Origin: Fidelibacterota bacterium
GTDB lineage: Bacteria; Fidelibacterota; Fidelibacteria; Fidelibacterales; Fidelibacteraceae
Length of the DNA stretch: 10,185 nt
Reading direction: 5' to 3'
NCBI GenBank assembly: GCA_034723415.1
Contig: JAYEOX010000112.1
Location: 2,051-12,235 of the forward strand
The notes below the pieces were generated by a model. That model was not told where the DNA came from and did not search any database. It saw only the letters and a list, made by a program, of their open reading frames with translations. A program made the position numbers and the translations under genes. Below, piece by piece: positions 1 to 6,682 of this stretch (its first letter is position 1; the number at the start of each line of letters is the position of its first letter).

Positions 1-42
1 TCTAAACCCTAAACCTTAAGCCCAAAATCTAAAACCTAAAAC
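1..42. repeat. Degenerate 7-bp tandem repeat, about 6 units, probably truncated by the window start
   Basis: Period-7 parse: tctaaac cctaaac cttaagc ccaaaat ctaaaac ctaaaac. Confidence 0.75.
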
Positions 43-43
43 C

Positions 44-102
44 CCACTAAACTTCTAAAACTATTTCCCAAAGTTTTTGTGTCTTTTTCGTGTTTTTCGT
101 GG
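44..102. repeat. Copy 1 of a duplicated intergenic unit (8-mer array + atttcccaaa + ttcgtg motif)
   Basis: ccactaaa cttctaaa actatttcccaaagtttttgtgtctttttcgtgtttttcgtgg aligns with 133-235. Confidence 0.85.
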
Positions 103-124
103 CTAAATTTATATATTACTAGAT

Positions 125-235
125 CCACTAACCCACTAAACTCCTAAACTTCTAAACTTCTAAAACCATTTCCCAAAATTTTCGTGTCTTTTTTCGCCTG
201 CCCTGTAGCGAAGCGTATCGGAGTGTCTTTCGTGG
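125..235. repeat. Copy 2 of the duplicated unit, with a longer 8-mer array (5 units, 125-164) and a 27-nt insertion (197-223)
   Basis: ccactaac ccactaaa ctcctaaa cttctaaa cttctaaa accatttcccaaaattttcgtgtcttttttcg[cctgccctgtagcgaagcgtatcggag]tgtctttcgtgg. Confidence 0.85.
197..223. mobile_element. Putative miniature REP-like inserted element
   Basis: A GC-rich 27-mer present in copy 2 and absent from copy 1 at the same ttcg|tgt junction. It forms an imperfect hairpin centred on GCGAAGC (208-214). Mobility is inferred. Confidence 0.45.
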
Positions 236-260
236 GGTTTCAAATTAGGCAAATAATAAC

Positions 261-289
261 TTGTATTAATTATTAATTTATATTATTTT
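261..289 (+). promoter_or_regulatory. Possible sigma70-type promoter for the grpE operon
   Basis: TTGTAT (261-266), 17-nt spacer, TATTTT (284-289), about 80 nt upstream of grpE. Weak evidence, because such matches are common in AT-rich DNA. Confidence 0.25.
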
Positions 290-369
290 TACAGATGAAT
301 ATTTTGTAAAAGAAATTTGAAAAATATAAAAGAGTAATAATTTCCAAATAATAAATAAAGAGAATAAAT

Positions 370-1023
370 ATGAAGGATAAAGCAGTAAAAAACAAAAAGG
401 ATGAAAAGTTAAAGCAGGATTCCGGCAATACTAAAAAGTCTAATAAAGCAACAAAAAAACCCGTAAAAAAAAGTACTAAAAAACCACAAAAACTTAGCAA
501 AGAAGCTAAAAAAATAAAAAAACTTGAAAATGAAAAAGATGAACTGAGAAATAAAATATCAGAATTAGAAAATGATGTTAAAGAATTTAAAGATAAATAT
601 GTAAGAGTGCATGCAGAATTTGAAAATTCCAAAAAAAGATTGGAAAAAGAGTTAAGAAGAAAAGTCGATCTAATTACTGAAGATATTTTTTTAGATATTA
701 TTCACATTGTAGATGATATGGAGAGAGTATTAGCTGCAAATGATGATAAGAAATCAAATAAAAAAGAGAATGAAGGAATACGATTAGTATATAATAAAAT
801 GCTGAAAATGTTAGAAAAATACAAAGTTGCTCAATTTGATTCCGTAGATAAAGAATTTGATTCTGACTATCATGATGCATTATTGATCAGAGCTGATAAT
901 GAGAAACCGGATCATACAATTGTTGAAGAATTTGAAAAGGGTTATATGTTAAAAGACAAAGTATTAAGACACGCAAAAGTAATAGTAAGTAAAAAAGAAA
1001 ATTTAGAGGTTGAAGAAAAATAA
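370..1023 (+). CDS. grpE: Nucleotide exchange factor GrpE
   Basis: Coiled coil followed by YVRVHAEFENSKKR, VDDMER, EFDSDYHDAL and EEFEKGYMLKDKVLRHAKVIV. Directly upstream of dnaJ. Confidence 0.96.
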   Translation: MKDKAVKNKKDEKLKQDSGNTKKSNKATKKPVKKSTKKPQKLSKEAKKIKKLENEKDELRNKISELENDVKEFKDKYVRVHAEFENSKKRLEKELRRKVDLITEDIFLDIIHIVDDMERVLAANDDKKSNKKENEGIRLVYNKMLKMLEKYKVAQFDSVDKEFDSDYHDALLIRADNEKPDHTIVEEFEKGYMLKDKVLRHAKVIVSKKENLEVEEK

Positions 1024-1026
1024 AAT

Positions 1027-2145
1027 ATGGCTGATTATTATGATATATTAGGTGTAGATAGAAATGCATCACAAGATGAATTAAAAAGAGCATATAGAAA
1101 AATTGCACTAAAATACCATCCCGATAAAAATCCCGGAGATAAAGTAGCAGAAGAAAAATTCAAGGAAGCGGCGCAAGCATATTCTGTATTATCAGATTCA
1201 GATAAAAAAGCCAAATATGATCAATTCGGCGAAGATGGTTTAAAAGGCGGTTTTGGTGGTGCCGGTGCCGGAGCCGGAATGGATATGAATGATATTTTTT
1301 CTCATTTTAGTGATATTTTTGGTAGTAGTGGCGGATTTGGTAATTTTTCTGACATTTTCGGAAGAAGAAGTACAGGACGAGGCAGACAGTATAATAATAG
1401 CGGTTCTGATCTTAGAATTAGAATGAAATTATCTTTAGAAGAAATAAATAGTGGAGTTAGGAAAAAAGTAAATATTAAACACATGGTAACTTGTGATAGT
1501 TGTAATGGAAAAGGCGGATCAGATACTAGAACTTGTCCACATTGTCACGGAACCGGTGAGGTAAGAGAAAGAGTAAGTTCATTATTTGGGCAAATGATAA
1601 ATGTTCATACATGTAATGTTTGTCAAGGTGAAGGTAAGATAATTAGAAATAAATGTAGAAAATGCAATGGTGATGGCAGGATAATGAAAAAGGAGCAAAT
1701 TGAAATTAATGTACCTGCCGGTGTTGCTTCAGGACATTATATTACAATAAATGGAAAAGGAAATAAGGGCATTAGAGGTGGAATGAGTGGAAGTTTACTT
1801 GTAATGTTTGAGGAAATTCCTCATCATCTATTTACACGTAATGATTCAGATATTTATTTAACTGCAAAAATATCATGGCCATTAGCTGTTTTGGGAGGGA
1901 AAATTACAATTCCAACAATTTCCGGTAATGTTAGTACAGTATTGAAACCAGGAATTCAATCCGGAAAATATTTAAGGTTAAAAAATAAGGGTTTGCCTAA
2001 TTTAAATCGTCGTACTAATGGTGATCAAATAGTGAAAATTCAAGTAAAAACACCAACTAATTTACAAAGTGATGAGAAGAAACTAATTTCAGAATTGAAT
2101 AAAATATATTCAAATACTAAAGTAGAAATTTCTAAATATAAATAA
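1027..2145 (+). CDS. dnaJ: Class A chaperone DnaJ
   Basis: J domain (DYYDILGV...YHPDKN), G/F-rich region, four CxxCxGxG motifs ([32 protein letters not shown]) and a C-terminal substrate-binding domain. Confidence 0.99.
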   Translation: MADYYDILGVDRNASQDELKRAYRKIALKYHPDKNPGDKVAEEKFKEAAQAYSVLSDSDKKAKYDQFGEDGLKGGFGGAGAGAGMDMNDIFSHFSDIFGSSGGFGNFSDIFGRRSTGRGRQYNNSGSDLRIRMKLSLEEINSGVRKKVNIKHMVTCDSCNGKGGSDTRTCPHCHGTGEVRERVSSLFGQMINVHTCNVCQGEGKIIRNKCRKCNGDGRIMKKEQIEINVPAGVASGHYITINGKGNKGIRGGMSGSLLVMFEEIPHHLFTRNDSDIYLTAKISWPLAVLGGKITIPTISGNVSTVLKPGIQSGKYLRLKNKGLPNLNRRTNGDQIVKIQVKTPTNLQSDEKKLISELNKIYSNTKVEISKYK

Positions 2146-2151
2146 TTTATT

Positions 2152-2622
2152 ATGTTATTTACAAAAAAAGAAAAAGGCATTATAATTTACATCAGTAGTT
2201 TTGTTTTATTGGGTAGTTTTTGGATATTATTAAATAAAATTTACTTTAAACGAACTCCCAAAAATGTTGAAAGTTTCAATGAAAATATTCAAACCTATGT
2301 TGAAAATAAAGGTGATAATAATTTAAAAATTGTAAAAAAAAATTCAACAAAAGAAGTGCCGGTTGTTGAAAAAAAAATTAATAATGATAATAATGAACCA
2401 AAAAATCAAAAAAATAGTGGTAAATTAGTAAAAAAAGTAAATATTAATAAAGGAAATCTTGAAGAATTGAAAAAATTACCGTATATTGGACCTAGCAAAG
2501 CAGAAAAGATTATTATTTATCGTGAAAAAAATGGTAAATTTAAAACATGTGAAGAAATTATTAATGTTAGTGGAATTGGCGAAAAAACTTTTGAAAAAAT
2601 CAAAAAACTAATAGATGTTTAA
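2152..2622 (+). CDS. comEA: ComEA-family membrane-anchored DNA-binding protein (helix-hairpin-helix)
   Basis: N-terminal hydrophobic helix, K/N-rich linker, and a C-terminal double HhH (VNINKGNLEELKKLPYIGPSKAEKIIIYREKNGKF...VSGIGEKTFEKIK). Confidence 0.92.
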   Translation: MLFTKKEKGIIIYISSFVLLGSFWILLNKIYFKRTPKNVESFNENIQTYVENKGDNNLKIVKKNSTKEVPVVEKKINNDNNEPKNQKNSGKLVKKVNINKGNLEELKKLPYIGPSKAEKIIIYREKNGKFKTCEEIINVSGIGEKTFEKIKKLIDV

Positions 2623-2641
2623 AAAAAATAGGAGATGAAAA

Positions 2642-3409
2642 ATGGCGAACCAAACAAATGAAAATTATTATAGCAATACGTGGTCATTCATAATTAAATG
2701 GGTGTCTATTGTATTAAGTGTTTTAGTTTTGCTTGTGATTTTTACAAAAACAAGCATTTGGACTCAAGAAAAAAAGGTTCGTTCTTTAGCTCGATGGAAA
2801 ATGGAACAATTGTGGAATGCTGAAGAATTATATGAGCAATTAACCGGTGAATATAATCCTGATTTAGATAAAACACTACATTTTATTAAGCAAGTACGCG
2901 ATTCTATATATGCAGATAGTTTATATGCTAAAGATCAAGTTATTGAATTTAATGGTAAGGAATATCAAATTACAATACCTGAATTTTGGATGGTTGATTT
3001 TGATACATCTTTTGCATATCCTTATATTGCAAAAGATACTAATTATGTAAAAATATTTACTGCAATAGAGAAAAATGAAGAAACAGGAAGTTTAGACACT
3101 GTCTTTTTAAATGAATATAGAGATAGGTGGATATATTCGGATTCTCTTTGGGAAGGAAGTATAATTGACACCGTAGAAGAAGAAAGAATTGAAGAGGTGC
3201 AAAGATATAAACCATTTATTTTAGATTCTAATATGTTGATTGGTCCACTTACAAAAGAGAAATTTACAGCAAACTTAAAGGATGGAGATTTAATCATTCA
3301 AAGTCCTACAAAAGGTGGTATTTCTTTTAAAAAATATTTCTTTTTTACATTTGAAGATACAGGACATGGCAGTATTAAAGATGGAAAGGCCAGTTGGAAT
3401 AAAAAATAG
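2642..3409 (+). CDS. Membrane-anchored hypothetical protein, possibly pilin-like
   Basis: GGAG RBS at 2631-2634. One N-terminal TM helix, then ARWKMEQLWNAEELYEQLTGEYNPDLDKTL, which resembles a type IV pilin alpha1-C helix plus G.Y motif. Ends HGSIKDGKASW. The CDS is well supported; the product call is tentative. Confidence 0.6.
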   Translation: MANQTNENYYSNTWSFIIKWVSIVLSVLVLLVIFTKTSIWTQEKKVRSLARWKMEQLWNAEELYEQLTGEYNPDLDKTLHFIKQVRDSIYADSLYAKDQVIEFNGKEYQITIPEFWMVDFDTSFAYPYIAKDTNYVKIFTAIEKNEETGSLDTVFLNEYRDRWIYSDSLWEGSIIDTVEEERIEEVQRYKPFILDSNMLIGPLTKEKFTANLKDGDLIIQSPTKGGISFKKYFFFTFEDTGHGSIKDGKASWNKK

Positions 3410-3418
3410 AGTGTTTTA

Positions 3419-4342
3419 ATGGTAAGTATATCATTTCATTCTGATTATTTGGCATTTATTTCAATAAGTGTTAATAATGGGAAAAAAATTGTTGAAAGAG
3501 TAGGAATATTACATTATTCTGTTATTTTTAATAATAAATTGATAAATGATGGAAAAATAGGATCATTTTTTAATGTTGTTTTAAATAAACTTAAAGAACA
3601 TTTAGATAATAGTGATAAAGAATTCTACATCTCAATTCCTACCAGCATGGTATTATTGAATATTAATAAAGTAAAATTTGATATGACGCCTGAAAAAATT
3701 ATCGAATTGAATAATTTAACAACACGAATTAAATATGGTAATAAAGTATCCGGATCTTTTAATAAAATAACATATAATTTTTATGAAAATAATACTATTG
3801 ATTCATTTTTAAATGTTTATTTTTTTAAAAACTATATTAATGAAATTCAAAAAGCTTTTAAAAATAATGATCTTAATTTAAATGGAATATATGTTAATAT
3901 TCTTAGCGCATTAAATACTGTTTCACAATTAGAAAACAATGAAAAGAAAAAATATTCACTGTTTTGCTTAAACGATAATAATGAAATTGAATATTTACAT
4001 GTAAAAAATGATAGAATAACAACCTATTTAAGGTATAGAAAAAATAATAATAAAATAGTATTCTATGCTAAAGTTGGCGAATATTCAGAAGAAATTGTAG
4101 CTTTACTAAAAAATGATTTTAATGATTCTTTTTATGAGTTAACAGGTAATATTTATCTTGTTGGCACAAAAAATAATCAAGAAGAAATTAAGTACTATGT
4201 TAATAAAAATTCTTTTATTAATGTAGTAAAGCCATTTGATAGGAAAAAAATTAAAGATAAAAAATTATCAGTGATTGAAAAGTTACCATTATATTTCTAT
4301 AACAATAACATTTTTGCGGAAGCAACAGGAATATTATTTTAA
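3419..4342 (+). CDS. Divergent PilM-like / DUF3822-like cytoplasmic actin-fold protein
   Basis: No TM segment. PilM-like landmarks occur in the expected order: N-terminal strands VSISFHSDYLAFISI, FYISIPTSMVLL, YINEIQKAFKNNDLNLNGIYVNILSALN, IYLVG and terminal FAEATGILF. Directly upstream of a PilN-like gene. Confidence 0.6.
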   Translation: MVSISFHSDYLAFISISVNNGKKIVERVGILHYSVIFNNKLINDGKIGSFFNVVLNKLKEHLDNSDKEFYISIPTSMVLLNINKVKFDMTPEKIIELNNLTTRIKYGNKVSGSFNKITYNFYENNTIDSFLNVYFFKNYINEIQKAFKNNDLNLNGIYVNILSALNTVSQLENNEKKKYSLFCLNDNNEIEYLHVKNDRITTYLRYRKNNNKIVFYAKVGEYSEEIVALLKNDFNDSFYELTGNIYLVGTKNNQEEIKYYVNKNSFINVVKPFDRKKIKDKKLSVIEKLPLYFYNNNIFAEATGILF

Positions 4343-4354
4343 AAGGAGACAATT

Positions 4355-5674
4355 ATGATTAAAGTAAATTTGTTGGATCCAGATGGGAAAGATCAAAAAG
4401 ATTCTGTGGAAAATGGAGAGAAAAATACTGTAAACAAGGAAAACATTGCTAAATCCACTGAACCAAAGAAAACTGATATTCAAAACAAGGAAAATATTGC
4501 TAAATCCACAGAGCCAAAAAAAGCCGATATTCAAAGTAAGGAAGATATTGCTAAATCAACAGAACCAAAGAAAGATGAAGATCAAAAAAAGGAAAACATT
4601 GCTAAACCTACAGAGCCAAAGAAAGATGAGGATCAAAAAAGGGAAAATATTGGTGATTCTTCTGAGTCGAAAAAAACACAAGATCAAGAAAATAACACAC
4701 CTTTTAATAATGAACATTTTTTTGGTTTTGAAAATGGAGATAATGATGAACCAAATGAAGAAGACAATCAAGTTGACAATGAGCCCAAATTTAAAAAATC
4801 TTATATTGGATGGTTAATTGTTCTATTAATTATTGTTATTTCTGCTATTTTATATTTTTCATTATCTGATGGCCCTTTTAAAAAAATGGAAAGTCGGATC
4901 ACTAAAAAACCAATAAAAATTGAACAGATGGCAATAAAAGATGTCGATTCTGTAGAAGCTGAAGAATTTAAACCTATTGAGGAAAAAGTAGCAAATGTAG
5001 AGGTAAAAATTGCGAATGTTGAGGAAAAAATTGTTAGCAGAAAACAAAAAGACCAAAATATTAGAGAAAAATCAAAATACAAATATTTGAAAAATAGAAT
5101 AAATAATTCAAGTAGAAGATTGAAAGCAACCTCAAAAATATTTAAATATATTCCCAGCGGATTAAATATTAAATATTTATCTGTTTCAAAAAACGAAATA
5201 TCATTCGAGTTAATGTCCAATAAAGATGATATTATTGATAGATTTTTTGGTCTTCTTAGGAAAGATAAAGATTTTTATGATGTTAAATTTAAAAGTATTG
5301 ATAATAAGTATAGATTTTCAAAAAGAGGTAATTTTAAAGTTAAATTTAAAAAACCGGTAAGTACAATAGAAGGAAAATTGAAAAATTTAGATGTAAATAA
5401 TTTTATTGATTATATTGCTTTAACTGCCGATAAAACAAATTTATCATTCAATAAAGTCTTAAAAAAAGATATTGAAATAGTTTCATCTCCGTCAATGAAA
5501 AAGAACAGATTACAGATGGAATTCAGTGGCAATTTTTATCAAATAAGAGAATTTTTTAATAAAATCAATAAAATTCCGGGTTCTTTTGATGTTGAAAATA
5601 TTGAGATTAGGAATGTTTACAATGGAAAATATTACAAGATAATATTACGCATTATTTTATTTGAAAAAGCATAA
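4355..5674 (+). CDS. Bitopic membrane protein, putative PilN-PilO fusion with an N-terminal repeat region
   Basis: AGGAG RBS at 4344-4348. Starts MIKVNLL (PilN INLLP-like). Single TM at about aa 151-169, a PilN-like domain (IFKYIPSGLNIKYLSVSKNEISFE...IDRFFGLLRKDKDFYDV) and a PilO-like domain (LQMEFSGNFYQIREFFNKINKIPGSFDVENIEI). Confidence 0.65.
   Translation: MIKVNLLDPDGKDQKDSVENGEKNTVNKENIAKSTEPKKTDIQNKENIAKSTEPKKADIQSKEDIAKSTEPKKDEDQKKENIAKPTEPKKDEDQKRENIGDSSESKKTQDQENNTPFNNEHFFGFENGDNDEPNEEDNQVDNEPKFKKSYIGWLIVLLIIVISAILYFSLSDGPFKKMESRITKKPIKIEQMAIKDVDSVEAEEFKPIEEKVANVEVKIANVEEKIVSRKQKDQNIREKSKYKYLKNRINNSSRRLKATSKIFKYIPSGLNIKYLSVSKNEISFELMSNKDDIIDRFFGLLRKDKDFYDVKFKSIDNKYRFSKRGNFKVKFKKPVSTIEGKLKNLDVNNFIDYIALTADKTNLSFNKVLKKDIEIVSSPSMKKNRLQMEFSGNFYQIREFFNKINKIPGSFDVENIEIRNVYNGKYYKIILRIILFEKA
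4436..4690 (+). repeat. In-frame 51-bp (17-aa) tandem repeat, 5 units, the last degenerate
   Basis: KENIAKSTEPKKTDIQN / KENIAKSTEPKKADIQS / KEDIAKSTEPKKDEDQK / KENIAKPTEPKKDEDQK / RENIGDSSESKKTQDQE. Units start at 4436, 4487, 4538, 4589 and 4640. Confidence 0.95.
4979..5035 (+). repeat. In-frame 21-bp (heptad) repeat, about 2.7 units
   Basis: EEKVANV / EVKIANV / EEKIV in the predicted extracytoplasmic stalk. Confidence 0.7.
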
Positions 5675-5676
5675 AA

Positions 5677-6207
5677 ATGCCAAGAATAATATCCGGAAAA
5701 CATGGTGGAATAAAATTAATAAGCCCTAAACACAATATTCGTCCAACTGCGGATAGAGTAAAAGAATATATTTTTAATGTTTTACAAGAATTTGATAATA
5801 AAGTTGTACTGGATCTGTTTTCCGGTATTGGGAGTTTGGGAATTGAAGCATATTCACGCGGAGCTAAAGAGGTATTTTTAGTTGAAAATAATAATAGATC
5901 AATAGATATAATAAAGAGAAATTTGAGTAAAATAAATAATCCTAAGAATATTAAATATTACAAATCCAACGCACTTAATTTTTGTAATGAATATAGTGAA
6001 TATTTTGATACTATTTTTGCAGATCCGCCTTATAAATTGAAATTGGAAAAAGATTTTTTTGATAGTATTTATTTGGCATTAAAAGTTGGCGGAATTTTTA
6101 TCTTTGAGAATTCCATTAAAAATAAATTTGATATAATGGATTCATTAATATTGAGAAAAGAGAAGAAATTTGGAGAAACAGGAGTTTGGATGTATGAAAA
6201 AAAATAA
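5677..6207 (+). CDS. rsmD: 16S rRNA (guanine966-N2)-methyltransferase RsmD
   Basis: MPRIISGKHGG, IRPTADRVKEYIFN, SAM-binding motif LDLFSGIGSLGIEAYSRGA and FADPPY. Typical rsmD-coaD adjacency. Confidence 0.96.
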   Translation: MPRIISGKHGGIKLISPKHNIRPTADRVKEYIFNVLQEFDNKVVLDLFSGIGSLGIEAYSRGAKEVFLVENNNRSIDIIKRNLSKINNPKNIKYYKSNALNFCNEYSEYFDTIFADPPYKLKLEKDFFDSIYLALKVGGIFIFENSIKNKFDIMDSLILRKEKKFGETGVWMYEKK

Positions 6208-6682
6208 TGACAGGATAGCAATTTATCCGGGAACTTTTGATCCGATAACAAATGGTCATTTAGATATTATTGAGCGAGCGAGTAAATTGTTTGACAAATT
6301 AATTATTTCTGTGGCAACAAATATGAATAAAAAACCGATGTTTTCCACTGTTGAAAGAGTTAAAATGATCAAAGAATCAGTAAAAAATATTAAAAATGTT
6401 TCAGTCGATACTTTTTCCGGTTTATTGATTAATTATTGTAATAATAAAAATTCATTCATATTGATCAGAGGATTAAGAGCTATATCTGATTTCGAAAACG
6501 AATTCCAAATGGCTTTAATGAACAGAAAAATAGATAATAATATTGAAACGGTATTCCTAATGCCAAGTGAAGAATACACTTATTTGAGTTCTTCACTTAT
6601 CAAAGAAATAGCATCATTAAATGGTGATATATCAAAATTTGTTTCAAATTATGTAAATCAAAAAATGAAGGAGAAAATATAA
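6194..6682 (+). CDS. coaD: Pantetheine-phosphate adenylyltransferase
   Basis: IAIYPGTFDPITNGHLDII, IRGLRAISDFENEFQMA and LSSSLIKE. Start placed at ATG 6194 (GGAG at 6181-6184) rather than TTG 6170. Overlaps rsmD by 14 nt. Confidence 0.98.
   Translation: MKKNNDRIAIYPGTFDPITNGHLDIIERASKLFDKLIISVATNMNKKPMFSTVERVKMIKESVKNIKNVSVDTFSGLLINYCNNKNSFILIRGLRAISDFENEFQMALMNRKIDNNIETVFLMPSEEYTYLSSSLIKEIASLNGDISKFVSNYVNQKMKEKI

Noticed and set aside
1..42. Resemblance to the plant-type telomere repeat (CCCTAAA)n
   Set aside because: Only one exact CCCTAAA unit is present, the array is degenerate, and the context is a bacterial operon.
236..369. CIRCE (HrcA operator) upstream of grpE-dnaJ
   Set aside because: No TTAGCACTC-N9-GAGTGCTAA-like inverted repeat is visible.
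4436..4690. CRISPR array interpretation of the 51-bp repeats
   Set aside because: The units are contiguous and in frame, vary at synonymous positions and have no unique spacers. No cas genes are present.
6170..6193. TTG start of coaD at 6170, as given in the ORF track
   Set aside because: ATG 6194 has a suitably spaced GGAG, gives a typical CoaD N-terminus and length, and overlaps rsmD less.
6197..6204. A8 tract in the rsmD/coaD overlap as a phase-variation or frameshift site
   Set aside because: A-runs of this length are common throughout this AT-rich window, both genes are intact, and coaD is normally essential.
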